A DNA stretch of 61,288 bases, counting the filler, from Sphacelaria rigidula (lineage: Eukaryota): NCBI GenBank assembly GCA_964200075.2. It is 3 parts of 3 records of this genome, joined end to end, with 100 filler letters (N's around TTAATTAATTAA, not from the genome) between each part and the next. Parts side by side here need not be neighbours in the genome. Positions count along the whole stretch, not along the records: positions 40,927 to 61,288 come from CAXNAA020000543.1; 2 more parts are not named here. One strand, given 5' to 3'. The stretch's first letter is position 1, and each line of letters opens with the position of its first letter. Of the stretch, positions 49,601-61,288 are shown one piece after another. A model generated the notes under the pieces. That model worked only from the letters and a program-made list of their open reading frames with translations, was not told where the DNA came from and did no database searches. The translations under genes and the position numbers were made by a program.

Positions 49601-52600
49601 GTACTTCGAAGTATGTGGTGAATATGTTCTCATGATGCCCACCTCGCATATCGGGGGCATCGCCATTTGTGTGTAAATGCCTAATGAACAGCCAAGGGTT
49701 AACATAATCTATGTACAGCTAAAGCTGCTGAAGTCTACGTGCCCATGATCGGAGCAGTCCACGTAGCTATCTGGTCTTGAGTGGCATAACTCTATAACCC
49801 CCAAATTTGATTCGATCAATGCTCAAGACGGACGCTTGTCCGTCTTGAGAAGAACGCAACGGGCCACACACAAACACCACGGGCGCCAAGAAAAGAACGC
49901 ACTGATTGTTATAGCAAATATATCAAAATAAAAGCGACAAATATCAGACGGGGTGTATCAGACATGAGAAAGATTTGGCTGGCAACCTGGTGACCCCCGA
50001 TGCACCACATTTGACACACTGCACATGGTATGATCGAGGGGCAACGATTACTGAGCACAGGGCAGCGCCGGTCGCCCCGGTGGCTCAGTTCGTAACCTTG
50101 AAACCCTCTGACGGTTGGGTCGGGGGTTCAATTCTCGGAGCGATCTGGGATTTTTTCTCACCTCATGCCCGACAGTGGAGAGCGACTATGTCGTGGGTAC
50201 ACAAAATTCGACTCAACGATCGACGAGGGAAAGGGACTGCTGAACGCCTCTCGCGATAAAAAAAATAAAGGCAAGCACCGCGGAAGGAAGGTGGGGGTAC
50301 TGAAGAACAAATCAAAAATAAAAAAGCTCCTGTGTTGACCTTTCTCCTGTGTGACCCCGACTGATGCGCCCACATCTATCGAAAGGTGTAGACCGGCGTC
50401 CAGAAGAGAGGGAATGACAACACAGGGCACGATCTGAAGTGCACAATCCGGACAGGCAGACCGCTACATAATGTGCCTCGAGGAGGAGCGCTGTCAAACA
50501 TGCTGCGCGATTGTACTGCTTCGTCTGTAGCTCCTCGCCGCCCACCGATATCGGCTCCTGAGCATCTTTCCTCACACTCCGTCGGGTTCCGCAGTTGTGG
50601 AGAAATTGGACGGTCAGCTCGAACAGATCGTCCTGGATTGTCTGCTCCTTTCCGAATACATTGTCCGTGACGAAAAAGGCCCACTCCATCATCGCTGACG
50701 ATGGCCACAAAAGCCATAACTTACGGACCAAATTGACCCACGAGGGAAAGTGGTCCTCTAGTATAGCCAGAAGTCTCTGATACCGATGCACACGACTGGG
50801 AAGGTTTGTGACGATGAGGAAGTTTGTCAGGAGTTCCGATTCCAGCTTGACGAGGAGCTAGGGCGTCACGAACTTGAATCCGTGACGAAGCTGGCGGTCA
50901 AAGGGTGAACTCCAGAGGTTGATCGCTCATATCCTCGACGTCTTCGCGCTTCGTCGCAATTCCATCACGTCTTCGATACTCTCGTTCCATCTTGCGCCAT
51001 GTTCTTCAAACTTTATTGCCTATGCTCGGGATCTGAGGGATAGTCAGTGGGCGAAGCAGTAGATGACATCTGCCACTGTTACATGCCATTTCCTTGCTTC
51101 ATGACACCGTCTTTGGGCGTAATTATGTGTCAAAAAGGTGCTGGAGATGAAGAACAAGCTGCGGGCGCTGGACGACTCTCGGAAGTCGCACCTGACGCGG
51201 CAGGCGGACAAAGCTGCAGCAGAATTCGAAGGACAGCGAGAACTAGACAACGTCTGCATGGTGGTGGACATGGTACGTGCGCTATTAATACTAGCGTCTT
51301 GGAAACGGGAAGCATGCGAAATGGTTTGTTGATTAAATCAAGAAACAAGAAAAACATGCCTAGCGTAGCCTACTGTTTTTTCCGGAGATGTCGTGGTCGC
51401 ATTTCTCGTCTGAAACCCAGCAGGGAGTGTATGTTTTCAGGTATCAATGTTCGAATTTTTTGGCACATGTTTGCGTCTCTTGCGGTCCCAAGCGTCTCGT
51501 CACACCTCGGTGGTATGCGGTATGACCCGTGCCTAGCAAAGGTTCCGGGTCCCTCTGTTGACGTTCAGCATCCTTTTCGCGTACGAATTCTGAAAAGCTC
51601 CCCTTTCCATCCTCTGCTCCAACTCATGCACCGGGGAAAAACAACTTTCGACGGCCTGGCGGGTGGGTCCTCCTCAGGACATGTTCTACGCTGCAGTGGA
51701 AATTAGGTGGGCTTTCGCGTCGTTTGCGTCACGAACCTTCAGCGCATGTGTGACACCGACTTTACAGTCGATCTTTTCGTGCTGCTCGCACTGTGTTGCG
51801 ATTGGATGTCAACAGGGTAATAGTAGTCGTGAGGTTCCAGAAATCACCTTTCTATGAGGAAAGCTTCATTTTTTTTTTTTTTTTTTTGTTTTATGTTTAT
51901 TTTTGTCTCATTTTTCTGAAATTAGGTGAATAATATCATGGTCATTCAAAAACAGACTTTTTGTGTCACCTTTTGAGTCAAAATATTGTTGTAGCACGTC
52001 AAATTTTGTTTCGGAACTAATGGAAAGTTACTTGCTTCCAGTCTCGGCGCCAACAACGAAGTCCCAGATGGAAAGGCGAGAAGCATACGAGTGGAGCCTT
52101 CCATCAATATCTACCTTGCGGTATACCATGAATACTCAATCGGCGCGGTGTGTACAAGGCGTACATTCATCCTCCATTTGGCTTCACAGAACTCTGTTCC
52201 CAGTCTAGTTCCCTACAGCGCTGCAGACCGGGCACGCGGAGTAGCGCGAACATTCCTGCTGGGACTTCTCTTGGTCGCGCTCACTTTCACCTTCTCTTCA
52301 AAACCCTTGAGAGGAGAAGTCCCGAAAAAAACTTCAACAAACTTTGTGGCTCAAACAAACCTTCGGACAATAATCACGGGCATGTTGTTATGTTATTATT
52401 ATTATTTTTTTTTCGTGGATTATGAACATTTACAGATCGAGGGGAGGGGGGGAGTGCACATTTTTGCAGTGGAGTGATTTCCCCAACAGCGGTAGCAAAT
52501 GCTTCCTCGCATTTCCCTCGACATATTCTTTTTGGCTCGTGTGCTCTCTCGACAGTCCAGTAGTGTTCACCACTTGGTCGATTAGAACCTTCCCGGAATT

Positions 52601-55600
52601 TTATTACTTGGTTTGAGTGTAAACACTGATATTCAGATCTGTAGCGGGGTTGAGAGCCCCCCAACTGTCCCTCGCGTGCGCAAAACGCGTTAATGTCAAA
52701 ATCGGCGTCTTCGGCGCTGTTCTGAGGTCTGCCAACGCCGCACTTTGCCTAAGGAACGCTTCACAACCCCCTCGCCCGAGGGATCTCGGTATGCCTTGGA
52801 TTGGGGTTGAGGTTGGGGTTAGCGTTGTTTTAAAAATGATGTTTCCGAGAAATTTTGTTATCGATCAAGTGATGAACACACCTCCGGCGGTCGACATAGC
52901 CTGACGTGCCAAGTGTGTCGATGTAAAAAGTCGTTTTTGGTACATGTTGGTCTCGGCGCCCAGAGATCGTGTCAGGTTCGGCGGCACTTTTGACCAGGAT
53001 TCCTCGCATGCTTTTTTTATTCCCGGTCTATGCGGTTCAGAGATCGTCCCGAGCTGGCCGACAAGCCAGTAGCTGTGGGAGGAAGCAGCATGATCTCGAC
53101 GACCAATTACCACGCCAGGAAAAAAGGGGTGAGAAGCGCCATGCCAGGATTCATCGGGAGGAAGCTGTGCCCTGAGCTTGTGTTCGTCAATCCAGACTAC
53201 CAAAAGTGAGCGGGAATGAAACAGCATGGTTGACAGCATGTGGCCGGTACACGTGTTTTTCGTGACGCCTGCAGTCGGGCGTCACGCGTTTATCAGTCGT
53301 CAGCATTTTATGTTGTACATTGCAGGGACCCTCTACTTGAGGGCCTGAGATGTTGGTGCTGTGAAATCGCCGGCATGTCAGGCCAGTCAATACAACTCTG
53401 GCGGACAATTCGCTCACAAACGATGTGACGATGGAGTTGATTGTTTTGCAGCCCGGTGGGCTAGCTCAGCATTTGAAGTGTTCCAACAATCGTACATTCA
53501 CCCGTCTGTAGGTCCTTGCGTCCAAACGTACTGTCGATACACTGCTAAAGCCGTCGAGGCATGGTGGGCATATACACCATGGTTTGTATTCCTGCTCAAC
53601 AGGTACTCCAAAGTGGCGGAGGAAATACGTGCCATCTTCCGAGAGTATGACCCGCGCATGCGCTCCTACAGCCTGGACGAGGCCTACCTCAATGTCACGC
53701 AGGCACTGGCTAGAAGACTGAATGAAGGGGATGTGCTGGAACCTCGCACACCAACGGAACCGCCATTATTAGCGTCGCCTACGGGAGGTACCGATCTCGA
53801 TAGCATGGAGCATATACCGCCGGAACAGCAGCAACCTTGCTTGCCACGTACGACTGTCTCGCCGGGAGAGGCTGTTGCCATGGCAGCCGTTACGTCGCTC
53901 TCCTCACCCTCCGACCAGCGCTGTGTTTCCCCGGTCGCACATACCGATCGTGGACGAGAATGGCTGGTTGAAGGCGCTCAAAGCCAAGAAAACGGCGGGT
54001 TGGAGGGGAGGCGGCCGGAGTGGGCGCGGCGGCGGCAACGGCCGAGGTGGACAGAAGACATTTCTGGAGGTGGAGAGGATGACGAAGACAATGAAGATGA
54101 AGATGAGGGTTTCCGATGCACTCACAGTCCATGGGGAGGTGCGGGTGGCAGTGAAGGCCGTGGGGAGAAGATGAGGAAAGAAGAGCGGCGTGCGAGTATG
54201 TTCAAGGCAGCCCGGGCCATGGCCGAGGAAATTCGGCGTCGGATCCAGGAGAAAACAAGGCTGACGGCAAGCGTCGGTATTGGACCGAACTTCATGCTAG
54301 CAAAGGTGCGATTCTCTGGCCTTCTGCCTGACTGTGATGTACGCGGAAGACGGGCCTTAAGTAGCCCCGCGTGATGGGGTGCCCGCCCATGTCGGTACCA
54401 GTTATTTTGTGATATTGAGTAGACCCGGCCCTGTGCATGTCACGTCACGGCTTGTAATATTGAATGGGAGTTGCTGGCCGAAAACCTTCCGCGTGCTGCA
54501 GCGGAGCGTTCTTTCCCATGCTGGTTTTGTCGGGTGTTTTTGAGTGAATCGCAAATCCCATGACAAGAAGCATGTCATGCACTCGTAGGTACAAGAGAGG
54601 GGCGGTGTGAGAGAGACTGCCAGGTCCTGGGACAGCCAGCGACAGCACCAAAGGGTCATATAGTTGCCGATGTGGACGCATTTGGTGTTGGTGAGACAGA
54701 GAGTGGCCCGGTTTCCACCCCCACCACCGTCATTTGCCCCCTCCCCCTCCATGCTACCTGTTCGAACATGCCCGACTCTGGTTTGCTTCGTTAAAGATTG
54801 CGTCGGACTGGAATAAACCAAACGGCCAGTGGTGCATAGGGGGAGACCGCGCCGAGGTGTTAAAATTTCTGCACGACCTGCCCGTCCGAAAGGTGAATGT
54901 TTGAGCGTACTTTGTCGCGTGTAGGGCTCCAGCAAGTTTCCGCACTGCTGGCGTTGGAGAGCGCGTGTGTGCGTGCACCCTTGCAGGAGTAGCGCTAGTC
55001 CAAGATTTGTGGTACTCACAGCTATCCTTGTGCTTATCTGTCTAGCGTGGTTATCCAGCACACGGCGGATAGCGTCCCGAACAGGTGGTGGTGGATCAGT
55101 GCGCCCATCTTCCTTGGAGTTGAAATGCAGTACGTATTGTGGCTTTCTAAAGCAGGTGACTGCGTAACTTTGTCCAGTGTCTTCTGTGACTACGTACCGC
55201 GTATGTTGTGATACATATCATCAGGTCGGCGGCGTGGGCAAAGTAACGGAGAAGTGTCTCCGACAGGCGCTGGGCGTTGTCACCTGCGGAGACCTGTTCA
55301 GAGAAAGAGCCGCATGCATGCACGTCATGACACCCCACACCGCGCGTTGGCTTCTCAAGGTACGTGGTATATGCTTCGTTTTGTGCGCGGGAGACGCGGG
55401 TCAGAAGTACTTACGCATATCGCCAGCTCTCGTCGGGATGTCAGTTCGACAGACGGGGTTCGTGATTGCTCGAAAATATTTTGCAACAGCCTAGCATTGT
55501 TTTCGTGAGATTGAGAGTAGAGCATTCATTGAGAATGGGTTTTATCAGTCGCTTCAACGTGACCAATTTTATATTCCGTGTGTGTTTTCTTTCCCTGTAA

Positions 55601-58500
55601 CACTACCACGTGCTTACAGCTACACGCCGACACCCTACTCTGGGGTATTAAGGACTTCAGTGGCAAGCTACAACAGGAAGCGTATCGGGCCTGGTGGAGG
55701 GTCATTTCGGAACTGAAAGTATTTATTCATTATAATTGATCGCTTCTCACTGTCAATCGTATCCTCTACTCTCAATCTCACGAAAACATTGTCAGCAGTA
55801 GATGGGAACGCCACTACTGCACGTAGTCTAGTATGAAACGCCCACGCGGACATGAACAGCTCGCCTTTCGGAGGGTGGTCGTCCTACGGCACATTTTTCT
55901 TTGCGGGTCGCACGATTGGCGGGGTCTGCGGTGAGTGAAAACGGCGTATTGTGCTCGATGACGCGGGCGCTGATATTCCTCACCTCGTCGCTGGTGGTGC
56001 TGCAGGTTTCGCTTGGAATCGCTAGCTCGCACCACGACGTGGCGACGGAGCAAGCCAAGGCGGCGGGTGCAGTAACACGCAAGCAGATAAGGTGAGAACC
56101 TACGTCGTGATGGCAGACATATCTATCTGGAGCGACGACAGGGTGAACATATAAGACCAATTGGGGATTGGGGCTCGATGCGTGCATTGCGCCCACGAAG
56201 TGCATATGCTTTGCCGAGTTGCTCATGTGGTGGTCAAAACTCCCAGTGCGCTTATCGCTGAAGCCGATCGGACTCTACCGCATCGAATGTGCTGCGTTGT
56301 CAGTTAGCTTGACTTGACACTTGACCCCACCGACCAAGGCGCGCCCTGTTTTTTCTTGCTCGTTCCATCGCGTTTCCGCTGGTAACTCGCTTGCAGCAAG
56401 GAGAGAACATTTGGCGAACTACACCGACCCCAGGACCTACTTGCCAAGTGCAGGGAAATTTGCGATTCTCTCGCCGCAGGTGAGCAAGCTCAAAACGTAT
56501 GTATCACGACTTATTATTCAAGCGTCACATCAATGGTTGAGTGCCACTTCTTTCACATTATATATTAATATGTGCGATACATAGCTTGTTCAATATAAAG
56601 CTCATATTAGTCGTCCGTGACGGATTTTGCGATGACACGCTTTTGCCGGCGCTCCCGTGGTCCTTCATTACAATAATTACATCAATGGCCAGTTACGGTG
56701 GAGCGTTCACAGTATAAATCCGCCAGATCAGATACGATCTTTTCGAGCAGAATCTGGTTGTAACAGTCTTTTCGTGAGATTGAGAGTAGATTCTGCGATT
56801 GAGTTTGAGAAGCGGTCAATCCATGAAAAAGTTGTTGCAGTTCCGAAATGACTCCGCGCCGATACGCTTTCTGCCGTAGCTTGCCACTGAAGCCTTCGAT
56901 ATCCCTGAGTAGGATATGGACGTGTAGCCGTAAGCACGCGCTAGTGTTACAAGCAGAGAAAATCACGCACAGGGTGAAAATTTGGCAAGGTTGAAGCGAA
57001 TACTGAAATCCGCTCTCAATCAGCGCTCAACTCTCAATCTCACGAAACGTTGAAAATGTAAGGGTGCGAGTAGACAAGGAATTTTAAAGAGGATCGACAT
57101 GCTGCGGGAGTGCTAAACTCAATCTCGATAACAAGAAATCAGGCAGGTAGCGGAGGAGAAATGGCTGGATCCCTGTACGGACTCGCCCTGAGGAAGGGTA
57201 GATATTTGAAACATGACGGAAGACAAGAGAAGATGATGACAAAAGGTCTTTGTTGGGGTTTTGTTTTCGTTTTTCCCCCCCCAACAGACACGGTGTTGAC
57301 CGACAGTGTCCGGGCTCCAGGTTATGCTTTTGCCAAAATGCTGACAGTCATAAACAGCCTGTAATGTCGAACTTGCGCTCTCGTGTATAAATTCTCGTTT
57401 CAGAAATGGAGACGAAGACACTGGAGGCGAAGACGGTGGGATTGAAGATAAAGACCATCAAGTTCGATGTTCGCACGCAGGATCACACCGGCCAGGTCTA
57501 CGTCCGTACAGCCGATGAGCTGTACGCCATAGCGTCCACCCTCCTCCAGCGTGAGATTCGGGGAGCATCCGAACGCGGGGGTGCGCTCCGCCTGAGGCTG
57601 ATGGGTGTCAAGGCTTCGAGTTTTCGGGGGCAGGTGGGCGTCGCCTTGCTCCCGGGGCAGTCAACACTGGACGGCTTTTTGAACTCTCGGTCGTGTAGAA
57701 GTGAGGCGGAGCGTTCGGGAGGGACGGTAGGTGTGGAGATTGCGACGAATAATGTGGACACAGCGCGTGTGGTGTCAGCAGCAACGGCGGCGGCGGCGAC
57801 GGCAGCGGCGACCGTTGCGGTGGTACAGGAAGGGACCGGAAAGGCAGCAACGGGCGCAGCCTTTCCGTTCAAGGCTCGCGGAGGGGGTACCTTGAAAGTG
57901 GAGAACGACTGCGCCTTGGATCTTGTACGCGGGGAGGACCTTGATTCATTTGACGAGATTGCAACCCCTTGTAGTAGAGTGGGTAGCTCTAGATGTTCTT
58001 GTAAGGTTGCCCGGGGCGGCGGCGCCTGCTGTGAGGATGGTGCTGATGGCAGTACCCATGAGGCCGTGGCAACGAGAAAAGCTACGCCGATTGATGATAA
58101 GGTGGCCATCTCATCTACCCTCGCGATTGCTTCGCACTCTGATGACCCCTCGGCAGCGGCGAGGATTAGCACGACGAGAGGCCCACGGGAGACAGTGCGG
58201 TTGCTGGATGAGGGAAAGAACGCGGGTGGTGCACGTGGGTCCCTGGCAGCGGAGCCTGCTGCTGCTGTTAATTGCCCGATATGCGGTGAGCTTTTAGGCG
58301 CCGTTTCGAACGCTGCTCTCAACCGGCACGTGGACTCCTGCTTGGGCGTGTCCTCTGCACCCGAGGCTGGTCATGGGTTGGGTGGGGGTGTGAATATCGG
58401 TACTCGGCGATCGAAACCTCCTCAAACCTCCAGAAAACGAGCCAAGGTCGAGGCGACCAGAAGCATCGAGACGTTCCTGGTTGCTAGAGGTCGAACGTAG
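43613..58500 (+). CDS. POLK: DNA polymerase kappa (Y-family, DinB orthologue), ~927 aa, 10 exons
   Basis: GT-AG exons in phase: 43613-43867, 51138-51272, 51678-51706, 53041-53205, 53603-54305, 54797-54892, 55225-55359, 56006-56091, 56397-56479, 57404-58500 (2784 nt). Motifs: N-clasp [109 protein letters not shown]4 [24 protein letters not shown]-like SIETFL. Confidence 0.96.
44257..44482 (+). mobile_element. Interspersed element family D end with GGGTTA motifs
   Basis: GGATCTT.AGTA.GG.TGACAGT...CCCGAGGGTTCTCGGT...GGGTTAGGGTTAGGGGTAGCGATACT...CTAGCCA. Inverted copy at 47377-47637, partial copy at 52634-52825. Confidence 0.8.
45396..46032 (+). repeat. Left arm of ~630-bp inverted repeat
   Basis: Near-identical reverse complement of 48623-49247. 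Both arms give the same spurious translation ..[18 protein letters not shown]... Confidence 0.95.
46198..46474. mobile_element. Fold-back (fully palindromic) MITE family E, copy 1
   Basis: CATTTTATTCGCTCAATTTTGGATC... / ...GATCCAAAATTGAGCGAAGAAAATG; arms pair over ~115 bp. Confidence 0.85.
46555..46804. mobile_element. Fold-back MITE family E, copy 2
   Basis: GTTTTCGACGAAATTTTGACACGATGTACAGGACGT / ACGTTCTGTACATCATGTAAAAATTTCATCGAAAAC. Confidence 0.8.
47377..48331. mobile_element. ~950-bp non-autonomous TIR element (family D) with (ATTG)n and (CAA)n microsatellites
   Basis: Imperfect ~42-bp TIRs (..AGGGCTACAAATGTTCATGGT / ACCATGGACATTTGTAGCCC..). It splits a repeat whose intact copy is at 46951-47110 into 47295-47376 and 48332-48397. 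Confidence 0.75.
48623..49247 (-). repeat. Right arm of ~630-bp inverted repeat
   Basis: Ends CCTAGGCCATTGCCC, the rc of GGGCAATGGCCTAGG at 45396. Confidence 0.95.
50070..50390 (+). mobile_element. tRNA-derived SINE
   Basis: GGTCGCCCCGG-TGGCTCAGTTCG (A box) ... GGTTCAATTCT (B box), then a non-tRNA body. Same head as 20464-20527. The 3' end is approximate. Confidence 0.75.
50575..50960 (-). pseudogene. hAT-like transposase C-terminal dimerisation-domain remnant
   Basis: DFW../[40 protein letters not shown] resembles the hAT C-terminal W..FP.L..PxSSA..ER.FS pattern; frameshifted. Confidence 0.6.
52634..52825 (+). mobile_element. Family D diverged partial copy
   Basis: CCTCGCGTGCGC..AAATCGGCG..CACTTTGC..GCCCGAGGGATCTCGGTATGC..GGGGTTGAGGTTGGGGTTAGCG. 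Confidence 0.7.
55500..55786. mobile_element. MITE family C, best-preserved copy
   Basis: Perfect 23-bp TIR TTTTCGTGAGATTGAGAGTAGAG / CTCTACTCTCAATCTCACGAAAA, flanked by CATTG on both sides. Confidence 0.92.
56769..57047. mobile_element. MITE family C, opposite orientation
   Basis: TTTTCGTGAGATTGAGAGTAGA / ACTCTCAATCTCACGAAA; internal GTAGCTTGCCACTGAAG is the rc of the other copies. Confidence 0.9.
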
Positions 58501-59120
58501 GTGTGCCGTGTGAATGTTGTGGCGTAGTCTGCGTGAGGGTAGTGAAGATTCTGCTTAGAGGAGCATAATATCTGTCATGTCTATTCGACTTCCCAGAGAC
58601 GGAGGGCAACGCTCTCTGTGTGCTTATACGTTGCTTGCGCAATTTTCAAGGTTTGGTGGACGAGAGTCAAGGCTACGTACGCAGCGTACATAATTATGAT
58701 GAGGTTGCTTGGAGTTTTCTGGTGTGACTAATGACACTGGTATATCTTAGTGGCTTCGAAGGCATGGAACGAACTGGCCGTACAGCGTTGCTACAAAGTT
58801 CTGAATTGTCAGTTCTGTCATGCAGGCGAATCGTCGCCCGCAAAACGGAAGATTGGAGTAGACGAAGTTTTTTACGCGTTATGAGAAAGTCTGACAGGGC
58901 TTACAGGGTCCACCCGCTACGGCATGAAGGTTGTACAGAAACCCTTACCCACAGCCGGGTATTTATTTCTACAAGGGAGTGGTGTAGGTTGCACGTTATA
59001 GGCCAAAAACTGTCTGAGGTTGCACGCTTAGGCCCAGATGTTTCTCATTAAGGGGCCCCTGAAGCGAAGAGTCCCAGACAGCGTTTGTGCACTCATACCG
59101 TGGCATCACTCAAAACAACG

Positions 59121-59388
59121 GTCTCGTGAGATTGAGAGTGGGTTTTGTCATTCGCTTCGACTTGACCAGTTTATCATTCTGTGTGTGCTTTTTTTTGCTT
59201 GTATCACTGGCGTGTACTTACGGCTGCACATCCATATCCTACTCAGGGGTATCAAGAGCTTCAGCAGCAAGCTACTGCAAGAAGCGTATTGAGATCGTGG
59301 AGGGGCATCTCGGAACTGAAACAAGTTATTTCGTTAATTGACCGCTTCTCACTCTTTATCGTATCTTCTATTCTCAATCTCAGGAAAA
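59121..59388. mobile_element. MITE family C, downstream of POLK
   Basis: TCTCGTGAGATTGAGAGT / TTCTCAATCTCAGGAAAA with the shared internal sequence. Confidence 0.88.
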
Positions 59389-59966
59389 CACTATTTCAAG
59401 GGTATACCCGTACCCGGGTAAGGAAATATATTTCGTACGGATCGTACAGAACTATCGGGTACAGGTATGAGAGGTTTACATACGTCACGGGTAGTAGCCT
59501 GGAGAATACCCCGGGAATCCAAAAAATCGTACCGTACGGAACACAACCCTGGAAATTTCTTCGCCCCGAGGAGAAAGGGGGTGGGTGTTCAACATTGCAG
59601 TGTACGGGTACTCTCGGAGCAGGATTGTACAGATATTATAGCGAATGACTTGTGTAATAATACATGATGGTAATAAGCTCTCCGGGGCGCCACCGGCCTT
59701 CGGCGACGTATACTTCACGCTCGGTTTTAGGATAGCGAAGATGAGGTATTAGTTCGTGCCAAGCAGTTAATTTGAAGAATTGCTGAGCTCCCGTATGCAG
59801 AGAAGAACGAGATGGTATGTTTCTCAGTTCCGGCACCTCCCCCTCACTTGCTCTCTACTCCTTTCGGCCGCTTCTTATAATGGACAAGAAAAAAAATCTG
59901 GAAAAGTGTCTTTTTGGAGCTTTCACGTCGTTTTACGCCCCCAAAGAGAGCTAGGCGGAGTTTGAC

Positions 59967-59976
59967 NNNNNNNNNN
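59967..59976. other. Scaffold gap (10 N)
   Basis: Run of N without a linker. Confidence 0.98.
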
Positions 59977-61288
59977 TACTAGTTGAGGCGGTTCGAGGAC
60001 ATCTTTTCGTTTTCCGGTGGCCACATTTTTCATTTTGGCCAAACAAGAATTTTTGTCTAAGAACGGTAAAAAACAGTCAAGTCCTCAGGAAAGGTGGCCG
60101 CCTCGGGTCCGCCTAAACACGCAAATATATCGTCGAACAGCAACACCAAACGTTTCTGGGATTGGCATCAGGCAGTCCATGGAAAGCGGAACAGAAATCG
60201 ACAAGTTACCGTTCGTACTAGAAAACAATGCGCATGAAACGCTTTGCACGTTGAAAAACACGCATTTCATGGAGAAGAAACTCTCCGTACCCCCATTAGT
60301 GTTGTTTGCGGTTGTAAAAACTCTACTGTCCTTCATTAATACCTGGCGGGGGGACAGGGAAGCCGTCCTCCCTCAGATCTTGAGAGTCGTTTAAATTGGG
60401 TGAATGAAGTTGAGAAAAATCAACTGCTTAGCTTTCATACCCGTTGCGAACATCGGTCGGGAGTAAGTACGGTATAGCAACGAAAGCTAGCTATGATCGG
60501 GTTTGCCTGCCGTACTACCGACAGCGTTGCGTGAAAGCCGCAAGACCTTTGCTGTCGGCGGTTGATGGCGTGCGTCTCAAATGCAACTACAAGTGCGGTT
60601 GATCGTAGAGCACTCTCGTCCCAGCTTGTAATGCATGACCTCCTCACATCGGAATAATTCTGGAAAGCTTCTCGTAGTGTACCCAGGTGTTCACGCGACC
60701 AGCGTGTGCTCCAGATTGCAGCATGGACGGACTCCTATGCGCCACACTAGCAACAGTTAGGTCACCACCATACGTATTTTTTTTCACTCCGCATGTCAAA
60801 ACGGTCTCCACAAGTGTTTGATCTCTCATCCACCCCCCCCCAACTGGCGTGTGGCAGGCTGTTCTCATCGGGCACCCAGAGGGTCAGATGTGGGTAGACT
60901 CAATGATGAATAACACCCCCCAAGTTCAAGTTGAATCTATTTGTTATGGCCGCACCCCCGCCCTTGCTGGCATGTGTGTGACATAGAACAGTAGTAGCGG
61001 TGACGGGAACATTGATCGTTTTTTCAACATGTTTTGCAGCGCACAGAGGCGCGTCCTGTCCAAAATGAGGGGCAGAGAAAAATCGATCCTCGCATTCGTG
61101 AGCTCGACAGGCAATTGTAAGACGAGTGAGAATCTCTCCGCACATGGAAAATTGGGCACACGCTGGTAACATCGATGATGCCAGTCTCTCGAGAGTTTGG
61201 TAATCGCAGAGCGAGGACACACAAAGGACACGGGCGAGGAGCTTCCTCTCTGTCGTTACTTCTCTCTCTGGTGATATCGTCATCGACA

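Noticed and set aside
50070..50145. Possible tRNA gene
   Set aside because: A/B boxes are present but no acceptor stem closes, and it continues into a SINE body with another dispersed copy.
57498..58322. 274-aa antisense ORF (also 38880-39815 and 16260-16829)
   Set aside because: Shadow ORFs opposite GC-rich Ala/Thr-rich coding sequence, with no independent motifs.
60644..61283. Minus-strand ORFs at the window end
   Set aside because: No recognisable domain, and the frame is broken; I cannot support a gene call.

Overview
Eukaryotic, intron-rich DNA of about 50% GC. A brown alga or other photosynthetic stramenopile is inferred from gene structure and repeat types. The window is not one locus: it is three contigs of 20,363, 20,363 and 20,362 bp joined by artificial 100-bp spacers (44N-TTAATTAATTAA-44N). 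Contig 1 (1-20363) is a nest of decayed LTR retroelements: a Copia-derived gag+protease-only element, a Copia RT remnant, an internally deleted chromodomain Gypsy element, and a pol-less gag-like element. Contig 2 (20464-40826) carries 11 recovered exons of a plant-type ketol-acid reductoisomerase (5' exon missing). It also carries a spliced gene split across several ORFs of the track, with a RanBP2-type zinc finger and a Ser/Thr/Ala-rich FxFG-containing tail. Contig 3 (40927-61288) carries a complete 10-exon DNA polymerase kappa gene (~927 aa), head-to-head with the first exon of a secreted MANF/ARMET-like gene. Its 7.3-kb first intron is packed with inverted repeats, fold-back MITEs, a tRNA-derived SINE and a hAT remnant. 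I found no convincing new multi-gene system. The best leads are the pol-less gag elements, the candidate nucleoporin-like gene and the inverted-repeat architecture of the POLK intron.
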